DNA of 63,997 nucleotides, filler included, from Octopus bimaculoides (GCF_001194135.2; 6 parts of 6 records of this genome joined end to end with filler, not necessarily neighbours in it), one strand, 5' to 3'; positions 50,542 to 63,224 are shown, counted from the whole stretch's first letter. Notes: generated by a model from the sequence alone, not told the origin. Numbers and translations: made by a program.

Positions 50542-50762
50542 ATAACATCCACCATAGCGAACAGTACACCAAATCTCATTGCCGAGACTCTGTCTACATG
50601 GTGTGGCGCCAGGCACAGTTGGACACATACCATGGAGTGGACGGGGTGGCTGCATCATTGGGCGGAGTAGTTGTCGGTCTCGTCATTCTGTCAGCTGTCT
50701 TGCTCTGGGACCGTCTTCTAAATGCTGAGTCGTCAGGAGTCAACGGATTCGAGAGATTCTAA
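50542..50762 (+). CDS. Terminal exon C of the same gene: stalk, TM helix, short tail, stop
   Basis: ...ctctattaacAG|, phase 1 matches exon B; encodes (D)NIHHSEQYTKSHCRDSVYMVWRQAQLDTYHGVDGVAASLGGVVVGLVILSAVLLWDRLLNAESSGVNGFERF*. Confidence 0.85.
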
Positions 50763-50779
50763 CACATGTGACTGGACTT

Positions 50780-52330
50780 GGTCATCGCTGACCATAATAC
50801 TCATGATCTGTTTCGGTCTTTATTGACCACACTTTTAATCCTTTTGGTCTTGACTGACCACGGCCCTATGCAAGCTTGATCTCCATCGATTGTACCCCTG
50901 TCCAGAAATGGCCTGGACTAATCATGTCCTTATCCCCTGTCCACACTTTGTCTGGACTGACGATATCCCTGTCCAGACTTGGTCTGGACTAACCACACCC
51001 TTGTCCACTATTGTTCTCAACTGACCATGTCCCAAACCAGACTTTGACCATACCTATGTCCAGACTTAGTCTGCACTGACTACATTACTGTCCAGATTGC
51101 ATCTGAACTGACCACATTCCTCTTCACTACTGATCTCTACTGACCATGCCCCTATCCACACTTTGACCATGTCCCTGTCCAGACTTGGTCTGGACTGACT
51201 ACACCCCTGTCCATTGTTTATCTCTGCTGGCCACACCCCTTTCTATACTTGATCTACTTTGACCATTCCCTTGTCCAGACTTAGTCTGGACTGACCATGC
51301 CCTTGTCCATTGGTCTTTATCAATCACACCCCTGCCCCGTTTTGGCCTTCACTGACTACACCTAACCCTCTTGGTCAACACTGACTATACCCCTGTCTAG
51401 TCTTGTTCTCTACTGCCCACACACCATTGATGCCCTCACCACTGTCAAGACTTGGTCTCCATTGACCACATCCCTATCAATCATAGTCAGGATTGACCAC
51501 CAGTGTCCACTCCCTTCCGTTCTTGGTCTCAACTGGCCACACCCCTAATCAAACTAGGTTTTCAATTGACCACAACTTTGTCCAAACTTGGCCCCCCCAC
51601 TGTCAACTCCTATCCCTCTTAATCTCTTGGCTCACCCCAGATCAAACCTGCTTTCCACTTGACCACCATACCCTTGTCAAGACTTGACCTCCACTGTCCA
51701 CACCCTTCCCTTCTTGGTCTCAACTTGCCATACTCCTAATCAAACTTGGTCTTCAATTGACCACCTCCGTCCCTCTTAATTTTGGTTGGCCACACCCCTG
51801 GTTAAACATGGTTTCCAATTGACCACACTTTTGTCAAAAACTTGATATTTGGTGACCATCCCCATCCCTCTTAATCTTGGTCTCAACTGGCTACACCCCT
51901 GGTCAAACATGATTTCCAGTTGACCACACCCTTGTCAAAAACTTGATATTTGCTGACCATCCTCATCCCTCTTAATTTTGGTCTCAACTGGCCATACCCT
52001 TAGTCAAACTTGATTTCCAGTTGACTACACCCTTGTAAAATCTTGATCTTTGCTGGTCAAGCCCTGTTCATCTTTGTCTAAACTGACCACACCCCTAATA
52101 AACATTGGTTTTTCCTTAACCATTCCCTTGTCAAAACCTAGTGTTCACACAACACATCCTTGGTCTTGGCTGGCCACACCACTGGTCAAATTTGTTTTTT
52201 TTTCCCCTGACCATATCCTTGTCAAGACTTGGCCTTCACTGACAATCTGATATTTCATGAGCCACATTGCAGACCCTTCTTGGTCCCAGCTGACCATGGT
52301 CCCTTAATGAGCCCTTTCTCTTGATCTCAT
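50780..52330. repeat. ~1.5-kb degenerate minisatellite (~30-bp unit with internal hairpin; later ~95-100-bp higher-order unit)
   Basis: Unit tgaccacacccttgtccagacttggtctggac; higher-order starts ccctcttaat at 51771, 51866 and 51967. Confidence 0.8.
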
Positions 52331-52484
52331 TTCAGCCAATGCTGACCCAAATTGACCGTATCTTGGGAACATTCCTACTAACTGTGCAACCATTGGAAAA
52401 AAAAAAAAAACATGCTTGTCCCCTTGGGGACGCTTTAGGTATGCTGTCACCTCATTTCGTCCCCTTGAGTTCCTGCATTTCTGC

Positions 52485-52825
52485 CACCACCGCCACAACC
52501 ACCACCACCACCACAACCACCACAACCATCATCACCACCATCATCATCATCATCATAATCACCACTACCACCTCCACTGTCACCACCACAACCACCACCA
52601 CCACCACAACCATCATCACCATCATCATCATCATCATCATCATCACCACTACCACCACCACAACCACCACCACCACCGTCATCATCACTACCATCCTCGT
52701 CATCACCACTATCATACCACCATCATCACCACCACCACTACAACCACCACAACCATCGTCATCATCACTATCACCACAACTGCTGCTGCTACCACTATCA
52801 CCACTACCACAACTACTGTCACCAT

Positions 52826-52857
<32 letters not shown>

Positions 52858-53085
52858 CCACTACCACCACCACTGTCACCACCACCACCACCATCATCAT
52901 CACCACTAGCACTTCCACTGTCACCACTACAACCACCACCACCACAACCATTGTCATCATCACCATCACCACAATCACCATCACCACAACTGCCGCTGCC
53001 ACCACTATCACCACTACCACAACTACTGTCACCATCATCACCACTACCACACTACCATCATCATCACCACCACCATCATCATCCG
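52485..53085. repeat. Compound (ACC/ATC/ACA)n trinucleotide tract
   Basis: Low complexity. Confidence 0.9.
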
Positions 53086-53258
53086 TACCCTTTTCAGCCC
53101 TGCCTTAGCCATAGTCCCACTTTTTGATCCCAGCCTGTAGCCTACTAACTCCAACCAAACTCCTCACTCCCTAGACCAGGCTCCACTCCACCCCCACCCC
53201 CCAGCCTACCACCANNNNNNNNNNNNNNNNNNNNNNNNNNNNNNNNNNNNNNNNNNNN

Positions 53259-53270
53259 TTAATTAATTAA
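53259..53270. other. Artificial scaffold-join linker
   Basis: 44N-TTAATTAATTAA-44N. Confidence 0.97.
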
Positions 53271-53569
53271 NNNNNNNNNNNNNNNNNNNNNNNNNNNNNN
53301 NNNNNNNNNNNNNNGTGGTGGTGGTTTTGGTGGTGGTGGTGGTGGTATGGTGGCGTTGTGTTCCCTTTGTTGGTGGTGGCGTTGTGTGTTACGCAGAGAC
53401 GAGGAACATGCCGAATCATCACAGAGTTCAGAATAATAACGGAGACCGAATGTACCATGGCTGTTCTCTAGGTTCAAGTTCCGTCAAAGTCAAATATCGT
53501 AGTCACGATCGATAAATACAATACCAATGCTTGGTCGATCACTGTCGTTCTTGTTGTTGTTGTACTTAC

Positions 53570-53901
53570 TATTTCTTCTTCTTCTTCTTCTTCTTCTTCT
53601 TCTTCTTCTTCTTCTTCTTCTTCTTCTTCTTCATCATCACCTCACTTCTCTTTCTTCTTTTTCTTCTTTTTCATCACCACCACCATCATCATCATCATCT
53701 CTTCTTCTTCTTCTTCTTCTTCTTCTTCATCACCTCTCTTTTTCTTTCTCTTCTTCATCATCAGTATCATCATCTCTCTTCTTCTTCTTCTTTCTTCCTC
53801 CTCCTCATCATCATTATCAGCATCACCTCTCTTCTTCTTTCTCTTCTTCATCCTCATTATCATCATCTCTCTTCTTCTACTTCTTCTTCTTCTTCTTCTT
53901 C

Positions 53902-53968
<67 letters not shown>

Positions 53969-54040
53969 TTTCTCTTCTTTCTCTTCTTTATCATCATTAT
54001 CATCATCTCTCTTCTTCTTCACCATCTCTCTTCTTCTTCT

Positions 54041-54080
<40 letters not shown>
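53570..54080. repeat. Compound (CTT)n/(CAT)n/(ATT)n/(TTTC)n tract
   Basis: Low complexity. Confidence 0.9.
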
Positions 54081-55212
54081 TAGTTCTTATCAGTAATTCA
54101 AAATTCCAAACTTGTCCCATTGGTGCCTCGAAAGTCTTCGGCCTCAAATTTAAATACACTGGAACCAAACATGCCCGTAGAACACTCATCTACTTTAGAC
54201 ATTCATTTCTCGACAAGTTGTATACAACACACGAGAGAGGAGAAAATGATGTAGAAATATGTTTAGAGAAACTTCAGACCAATAGAAAGAAACAGACAGT
54301 AATTGTGTATAAAAATATATTAAATGCATTACTAACGCTAAACATAAACAAAATATGAGCCAAGGGAAATAACTCAAACAGGTCAGTGGCATGTATTTGA
54401 ATAATATAGTAAATACAGGTATATTAAATACTATACAACATAAATTATGAATTTATTAAAATTATCTTCGCCTCTAAAGGATGTGTAATAGTTGCCAAAT
54501 GGCAGTTAAGAATGTGAGATATTCTCAAGAATTAAGAATTCTTCAAAGTTGATATGACATTAAGGTAAAGAAGAGATTATTGTCTGGAATTAAGAGGTGA
54601 GTCGTGGACACGTATTTCTGGCACAAATCTTCTTTTTTGTTTAAATTATTATTATCATTATTTTATTCTTTTACTTGTTTCGGTCATTAGGCGTGACCAT
54701 GCAGGGGTACCGCCTCGAAGAACTTTCAGCTGAATGAATCGATCCCGTAACTTGTTTTCTTTATTCTATATGAAAGCTTCCCAAGACTAAATTGTCCGAA
54801 ACGTATTCTTTATTGAGACTGTGGTCTACGATTTGAGGGATATTTGTTTGCTATTTCTAGCAGATTCAATGAACATATAAAGACTCCATCTTTGCCTCAG
54901 TTCGCTCGCATTGGTCTCAATTGTGACAATGGTGGTGGTTGGTTCTTAGAAAGATTGTTGTTGGTGGTGTTGTCGCTAGCTTTTGGTAACGGTATGGTGG
55001 TGGAGGTGGTGATGTTGGCGACGGTGCTGCCACCGATACCGGTGGCGGCAGCGGTGACGATGTCGCTAGAAATTCAGGGTACTAGTGGAGGCACGGGGTA
55101 GGTGAGGTGAGGTGAGGTGAGCTGGGGGTAGGGTGCGGCAAGTAAGACGGTGTTACAGCAGAGATTGATGTAATATATGTTACGGGGTGGGAGTGAGGAC
55201 ACACATAAGAAC

Positions 55213-55272
<60 letters not shown>

Positions 55273-56096
55273 NNNNNNNNNNNNNNNNNNNNNNNNNNNN
55301 NNNNNNNNNNNNNNNNNNNNNNNNNNNNNNNNNNNNNNNNNNNNNNNNNNNNNNNNNNNNNNNNNNNNNNNNNNNNNNNNNNNNNNNNNNNNNNNNNNNN
55401 NNNNNNNNNNNNNNNNNNNNNNNNNNNNNNNNNNNNNNNNNNNNNNNNNNNNNNNNNNNNNNNNNNNNNNNNNNNNNNNNNNNNNNNNNNNNNNNNNNNN
55501 NNNNNNNNNNNNNNNNNNNNNNNNNNNNNNNNNNNNNNNNNNNNNNNNNNNNNNNNNNNNNNNNNNNNNNNNNNNNNNNNNNNNNNNNNNNNNNNNNNNN
55601 NNNNNNNNNNNNNNNNNNNNNNNNNNNNNNNNNNNNNNNNNNNNNNNNNNNNNNNNNNNNNNNNNNNNNNNNNNNNNNNNNNNNNNNNNNNNNNNNNNNN
55701 NNNNNNNNNNNNNNNNNNNNNNNNNNNNNNNNNNNNNNNNNNNNNNNNNNNNNNNNNNNNNNNNNNNNNNNNNNNNNNNNNNNNNNNNNNNNNNNNNNNN
55801 NNNNNNNNNNNNNNNNNNNNNNNNNNNNNNNNNNNNNNNNNNNNNNNNNNNNNNNNNNNNNNNNNNNNNNNNNNNNNNNNNNNNNNNNNNNNNNNNNNNN
55901 NNNNNNNNNNNNNNNNNNNNNNNNNNNNNNNNNNNNNNNNNNNNNNNNNNNNNNNNNNNNNNNNNNNNNNNNNNNNNNNNNNNNNNNNNNNNNNNNNNNN
56001 NNNNNNNNNNNNNNNNNNNNNNNNNNNNNNNNNNNNNNNNNNNNNNNNNNNNNNNNNNNNNNNNNNNNNNNNNNNNNNNNNNNNNNNNNNNNNNNN

Positions 56097-56128
<32 letters not shown>

Positions 56129-56515
56129 CTTAATATAATATATAAACATATATAATATGTATGTATGTATGTATATACACATGTACAAAATCGTGGGGAG
56201 TTTTATATATAAAGTAATAATACATGTAATGTGCGTTTTTCATTTCCAAGAGATTTCGAATCAGATAGGATAGACTTTGCGAAACCAGACAGGAATCATC
56301 AAAGAGTGTGTGTGAGCGTTCAAAACAGAACGAGGGTGGTGTATAATTGGGGGAGTGGTAGAAGCAGGAGGTGGGGAGCGAGTTAGCTGTTGTTGCTGTG
56401 ACGTGGCTGGGTGTCGGGGAAACAGACGGAGAGGAAATATGGGAGATGCTGTAGATATATGTTGTTGCGAATATGTATGTTTGTGTCTATAGGTGTATGG
56501 AAGCGCGTATGTATG

Positions 56516-56569
<54 letters not shown>

Positions 56570-59500
56570 TGTGGGGGTGTATCTGAGTCTGTGTTTTATA
56601 TGACGTATTACTCACATACTCAAGTATATGCATGCATACATGCAAGCATGCGTACATGCACATAGATGCATATAACACACACATAGTATAAGTATATATA
56701 TATATATATATATATGTATATACATATATATATATATATGTATATGTATATATAAATACATACATTAATGCATACATACAAACATATATATATATATATG
56801 TATATATATACATGCATGTAAACATACATGCGTATATATCCTTCGGTCTATTCACCATCCAGTAACTTTTTCAAGCCCCACTATTTTTTATTATTATTAT
56901 TTTTTTAGAAATGTTTATGTTTAATCTCTCCCCACTATCGGGGTTATAAAGAGCAAAACTGGAAATATATATCCTTAATATCGAGTTTTATAGAATTAAT
57001 CATTTCATATGCTCTCTGTTGTGTATTACATACATACACACACACACACACATACATGCATATGTGTGTGTGTGTTGTGTTACCCCGTTTGATTTATCCC
57101 GTGAATGATTTATCGTGTATGTAATAACAGGGATACACTTACAATATGAGAAAAACATACCCGGGCTTCCGTACTCTATTGATCCTGAATGAAAATTACT
57201 CAATCCGTAAAAAGTTGAGTGTATATATTTTATGAGACGCTGAAGTTTCTTGAACCGTGACTCCGAGTTTCGCTTTTCTTAGTATCTCGGGCTAATGTAT
57301 ACAAGAAATACCCGGCATTATTGGGCAAGTGTTTTCTGATGAGGATGATATTCAACAGGGATAGTGTAAAAATTAGTTACAGCTGCTGCAATGCTAATTT
57401 GATGATATTTGTCGCACAGAAAATCCTATTCTTTTAATCTTTTATTCTTTTACTGTTTCAGTCATTTGATTGCGGCCATGTTGGAGCACCGCCTTGGAGG
57501 GTCTTTTTAGTCGAAGAAATGGACCCTTGAACTTATTCTTTGTAAGCTTAGTACATATCCTATCTGTCAGCTCTATACAAAAAAAAAAAATCTCTTGACT
57601 CATCAAAAGTTGACTTTTAGAAACTTCATATTTCTTGACATATACGTCTTTCATGCACAACATACAGCGTGGGGAAAGACATTTCACACCAACATATTAA
57701 CAACACGCCATCTATAATCATAAGTTATTGTTTTAAAACCCTTTGAAATAATCTACAGGAAATTTCCAATCTTGTTACACACATGTAAAAGACGCGTGGT
57801 CTAGTGGTTAGGGTCTTGCATTTACGATCGCTAGATCGTGGTTTCGATTCTCGGATTGGTGGTGCGTTGTGCAAAACACTTCATTTCACATTGTCCTACT
57901 GGTGTTAGAGTGGCAGAATCGCTGGTGCATCGGCAGAAATGCTTTATGATATATTTTCCGGCTCCACATTCTGAGTTCAAATCTCACCTACCTTGACAAG
58001 GCAACGGGAAACCACTCCAGTAGTCATCCTAAGTCTTATAATGGTAGCTGAAGTTCTAGTAAGCTACTTAACGGCGGCAGTAGAGAGTACTGGCCTTCCC
58101 ATGTCGTGCAGAGAGTGGTGGAGAAGGTTCAAATGACCTTAATATCCTGAAATTTGAGGGGAGTGTTTCACTGGTACTTAATTTATCGACCTCAAAAAGA
58201 TGAAAAGCAAAGTCGACCCCAGCGGAACTTGAACTCAGAACGTAAAGACGGACGAAATGAAGCTGAGCATTTTGCCCGGCGTGGTAACGATTCTACCAGC
58301 TCGCTGCCTTTAAAATGGCCTTAATATCAAACTGCATATTGTATCTTGTCAACCAAGTACCATTTCTAACATTTTTATGCCATCCTTACAAGTCTCACTA
58401 CCTCGAAGAATAGGTCCGCCAGCTTGCGTAGCCGTCTGCTGGCAACTTTTTCCGTCTTATAGGGGTAAAATACCCAATCTTTCTGCTACTTTCATAGCTT
58501 CTACTGCGTTCGAAATTTACTTTCGAACTTGACTGAAAAGGGAGATTTTTATCCACTTAGCTGCATCTACAGTCTTGGTCGACTAATTATCGTTACAGAA
58601 TTGCTATCGTCATCATCGTCACCGTCGTCATCATCACCATCATCATCACCATCATCATTATCATCATAATCGCCGTTGTGTTACTGTCACCATTATCACG
58701 TCACTGTCATCATCATCATCATAATCCTCTTCCTCCTCCTCCTCCTCATCATCATCAACCACTCTTGTTACGCCTCCCCATTTCCATCATCATCATCATC
58801 ATCACCATCATCATACATTCTTCTTCCTTCCCCGCCTCCTCACCACCACCAACATCACTACCATCATCATCACCATCATCATCACCACCACCATCACTAC
58901 CATCATTATCACCATCATCATCACCACCACCATCACTACCATCATCATCATCATCATCATCATTGTCCTCGTCGTGGTCACCGCCGTGAACACTGCCCAA
59001 CATCTCTGCAGCTCCCTGCCTCTCACCCCGCCCCCCTTAACAACCNNNNNNNNNNNNNNNNNNNNNNNNNNNNNNNNNNNNNNNNNNNNNNNNNNNNNNN
59101 NNNNNNNNNNNNNNNNNNNNNNNNNNNNNNNNNNNNNNNNNNNNNNNNNNNNNNNNNNNNNNNNNNNNNNNNNNNNNNNNNNNNNNNNNNNNNNNNNNNN
59201 NNNNNNNNNNNNNNNNNNNNNNNNNNNNNNNNNNNNNNNNNNNNNNNNNNNNNNNNNNNNNNNNNNNNNNNNNNNNNNNNNNNNNNNNNNNNNNNNNNNN
59301 NNNNNNNNNNNNNNNNNNNNNNNNNNNNNNNNNNNNNNNNNNNNNNNNNNNNNNNNNNNNNNNNNNNNNNNNNNNNNNNNNNNNNNNNNNNNNNNNNNNN
59401 NNNNNNNNNNNNNNNNNNNNNNNNNNNNNNNACCCATCAAACCAAGAAAGTCACCAAACAAACTAATTCTTGTCCTCAAATGTCTCTGCATAATTCAGAA

Positions 59501-60603
59501 ACTCAGACATGTTTTTTTTTTTTATAACTCTTCTCTTCGTTCTCTTCTCTTCGTTGTTGTTCTTGTTGTTGCTGTTCTTACTGTTGTCCTTGTTCTTGTT
59601 TCTGTTGTTGCTGTCGTCATTGTTGCTGCTGCTGCTGCTATTAATGCTACCGTTCTTGTATTTATTGTTGCTGCTGTTGTTGCTACTGTTCTTCTTGCCG
59701 TTGTTGGTGTTGTTGCTGTTTTTGTCATTGTTGATGGTGGTGGTGATGTTGCCGTTGTCGAATCTGCTGTTTTTTTCTCTTTATTGTTATTGTTGTTGTT
59801 GTTGTATCTATTGTTATTGTCGTTGTTGTTGTTCTTTAACCCCAGGCCACCCATAACCGTTCCTTCTTCTTCCTCTTATAGGTAGGGATCCATTATACAG
59901 TACGATCTTTACTAACGAGATTAACGGTGTGACTTGAGGGAGACATAGCTGCTATTTCTAGCAGAAGCGATGATGATGATGATGACGAGGAAGTCCATGT
60001 CACCATGACGATGATGGCGGNNNNNNNNNNNNNNNNNNNNNNNNNNNNNNNNNNNNNNNNNNNNNNNNNNNNNNNNNNNNNNNNNNNNNNNNNNNNNNNN
60101 NNNNNNNNNNNNNNNNNNNNNNNNNNNNNNNNNNNNNNNNAGAAGGTTGGGATGGGGTCGAAGGCGGTGGTGGTGGTGGTGGTGGAGACGACCACGGCGA
60201 TGATCATGATCCTGATGTCCTGATGTCCTGATGTTGCTCACAATGAACATGATGACGACGATGATGATGATAGTAAAGATGGTCATGATGGCGGTGATGG
60301 TGACGATGATGACGGTGATGGTGATGATGATGATGATGACGAGGAAGTCCATGTCACCATGACGATGATGGCGGTGACAGTGATAGTGATAAACACACAG
60401 AGGCTCCCTCACCGGGGTCCGACGTTGTTGCTATTGTTGTTGTTGTATGACCATATTGTCATCATTAACCAATTCAGTTGGTTTGTTGTTAACGATTGGT
60501 GTGAGAAGAAGCTGATGGGTTGTGGAAGAGGAAAGGTGGGAGGGTGTTATTGGCAGGGGNNNNNNNNNNNNNNNNNNNNNNNNNNNNNNNNNNNNNNNNN
60601 NNN

Positions 60604-60615
60604 TTAATTAATTAA
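60604..60615. other. Artificial scaffold-join linker
   Basis: 44N-TTAATTAATTAA-44N. Confidence 0.97.
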
Positions 60616-60659
60616 NNNNNNNNNNNNNNNNNNNNNNNNNNNNNNNNNNNNNNNNNNNN

Positions 60660-61166
60660 TTGTTGGGAGATTCTATCAGAACCTGTTTCGAAAATGGAAC
60701 CTGGAGTGGAACACTTCCAAGGTGTGTAAAAAGCTGTCAACTGTTACCCGAATTTGGCATATATAGCTACCGATATTCACACACTTTGAAATATCTTCCG
60801 TTTGGCAGCTTAATTCCACAAGATACGAATATCATTTATTCATGTCGTGTCAATTACTTGAGGAATGTTTACGGAAATGTTACTTGTAATAATGGTGTAT
60901 TAAATCCGCAACCAATCTGTTCATATATGAATAGAAGTGATGTTTGGGTGAATAAAAAGAACTCTCTTCAGTACAAAAATCGTTCAACAGTGTCGGTTTG
61001 TGCCACAAAATATAAATGCATACATTTTGGCTACTTTGATATAGGTTGTGAACAGATTAAATGTAACAACTTTAATTGTGTTGCTGTGCATTTTGACAAT
61101 GTCACGTCAGAAATAGATTTTAGGAATATCCATGGAAGTTGTTGTGCTTTGAGCTGTTATGGATAG
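60660..61166 (+). CDS. 5'-truncated coding stretch: end of one sushi/CCP domain, a second sushi domain, Cys-rich C-terminus, stop
   Basis: GDSIRTCFENGTWSGTLPRC is a canonical CCP second half; C...IIYSCRVNY...GNVTCNNGVLNPQPIC is the second CCP. Open for 168 codons in AT-rich DNA from the scaffold edge. Confidence 0.8.
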   Translation: MLGDSIRTCFENGTWSGTLPRCVKSCQLLPEFGIYSYRYSHTLKYLPFGSLIPQDTNIIYSCRVNYLRNVYGNVTCNNGVLNPQPICSYMNRSDVWVNKKNSLQYKNRSTVSVCATKYKCIHFGYFDIGCEQIKCNNFNCVAVHFDNVTSEIDFRNIHGSCCALSCYG

Positions 61167-61805
61167 TAATAACAAAGCACTCCCTGCCTGAAGCTTTTCC
61201 GTATTCACAAACATATATATGCATGCGTAATTTGTCTGAAATGGAATGGAATATATTCCATATTTACCTACAGAACTATAGCAATGTAAGTGAAGCAATT
61301 CTTCNNNNNNNNNNNNNNNNNNNNNNNNNNNNNNNNNNNNNNNNNNNNNNNNNNNNNNNNNNNNNNNNNNNNNNNNNNNNNNNNCCCCGCAGGAGCGATA
61401 ATATATTGACTTTTTTTGATGTTTTGGAACGGAAATATACTTTTACTCCATACACACTTTGTATTAGAAGTGAATAGAACCTGATTTAAGTTTAAACGGG
61501 TTGGAAGTAAAGATGATTGCATAAACCGGGTGATGGCTTCGTTAAAACAGCTTTTTGTTTGCTCTGCACATGACTTAAAGGAAAAATTAAATAAAACTTA
61601 TCTTTGCAAATGTTTAATAAACGTGTATTATGCCAAGGTATTGAATAATCATTCAGTTTAATGCTACATTGTTTCTATATAGAACTTCACATACATACAA
61701 GCATTTACATATGTATGTATATATACATATGTTTATATATACAGATATATATATATATATGTGTGTATATATATGTGTGTGTGTGTATGTGTGTGTGTGC
61801 GTGTG

Positions 61806-61847
<42 letters not shown>

Positions 61848-61849
61848 TA

Positions 61850-62025
61850 TCTACTACATACGTGGAAAATCGATGTGTGTTTGTTTGTGGCGTTGTTAGC
61901 TAACTCCTCCTACATCGTTTTATTGATTTTGATGAAACTTCACACGTGAGTATAACTCATGTCTTGAAACCTCGTGACATACTTAAATTGTTGAAATAAT
62001 CGATAATACGGCCCCTGGAAGCGAC

Positions 62026-62062
<37 letters not shown>

Positions 62063-62611
62063 ATATAACAAATTTTTTAAACATCCAAGGGAAATAACTC
62101 ATACTACCTACACAATATTTTTTTAAACAATCAAGGGAAATAACCCATTTCCTTGTTTATGTTCGATTACTCTGAACCAACGATCAGCCGACCTAATTCA
62201 GATTTTCACTACTCACAGTTTTGAACTGCTAAACATTGTTATTGTAGTTCCTTAATTTGAATCACTTCATTCATACATTTCTATGAATGCCTATTACTCT
62301 GATAATTCTGCCTTTGTTCTCAACAATATGTCTATCCTTCTGGCTGCTTTTCGATAGTTATAAAAACAAGAACTCTGTAAGCTAAACGGAGCTTACTGAC
62401 AGCGACCACTTGTGAGTGTAAACGTTATTATTGCACTTTCTTCTAACACTTCATTCATATATTTCTATACGTATATACTACATTCATATATTACCTTTAA
62501 TAACTTAGCCTCATAAAGTTCACCTTTAAAATGCCACGACGAGTCAGAGTAAGACTGGGTGCTTCTACTTCACAAGCTGCTCTCATGTGACAACGGCGAT
62601 CTCAGGTAAGT
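61850..62611 (+). mobile_element. Probable Helitron 5' region with degenerate first coding exon
   Basis: A|TCTACTACATA start; ~46-bp tandem caagggaaataac(t/c)c units at 62071-62146; ATG at 62531 giving MPRRVRVRLGASTSQAALM*QRRSQ, ending at CAG|gtaagt. Confidence 0.45.
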
Positions 62612-62763
62612 TTTTGATTCATTATGTTTCATATTTACAAAACCAAACAATTATTCCTCTCTCTTTACCCTTTTTACTCTTTTACTTGTTTCAGTCTTTT
62701 TGACTGTGGCCATGCTGGANNNNNNNNNNNNNNNNNNNNNNNNNNNNNNNNNNNNNNNNNNNN

Positions 62764-62775
62764 TTAATTAATTAA
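62764..62775. other. Artificial scaffold-join linker
   Basis: 44N-TTAATTAATTAA-44N. Confidence 0.97.
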
Positions 62776-63224
62776 NNNNNNNNNNNNNNNNNNNNNNNNN
62801 NNNNNNNNNNNNNNNNNNNCCAGCATGGCCGCAGTCAAATGACTGAAACAAGTAAAAGAGTATTTGTTTGGTTGTTAAAATCTGTGATTCACAGAAAGAA
62901 GTTTGTAAATGTGGAGATGTATGAAAAGAATTGCAGATATTTAGATATGATTTTTAGAAAAAAACTGTAGATATGGAGATGTGAGATATGGGAAAACTTT
63001 AGGTGTGAAGATGTGATGAATAGCAAAAGGCTGGAGATGTGGCAACTATATATGGTCATGAAATATACACACAAATTATACACATAGGGAAGTGATGTAT
63101 GGAAAAGATGTTGAAGACACAAAGTAATAAATAAAAAAAACTGCAGATGGAAATATGGGAGAACTATTGATGTTGATGAAGAAAATGATGATGATTGAAA
63201 GTTTAAAAAAAAAGGGAGACTTAC

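Noticed and set aside
50189-50545. Poly-Thr ORF in the intron between exons B and C as a mucin-like stalk exon
   Set aside because: No polypyrimidine acceptor upstream (G-rich), its frame stops at 50543-45 out of frame with exon C, and similar ACC/ACA tracts occur as neutral microsatellites elsewhere in the window.
50780-52330. CRISPR-like array (palindromic ~30-bp repeats)
   Set aside because: No unique spacers, units are degenerate and contiguous, no cas genes, eukaryotic context.
54090-54260. Possible terminal exon after the long pyrimidine tract
   Set aside because: Two frames are open, neither resembles a known protein, and the tract is a microsatellite, not necessarily an acceptor.
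57255-57310. Minus-strand GAAA-ctcggag-TC hammerhead-like half
   Set aside because: No CUGANGA core or stem II upstream.
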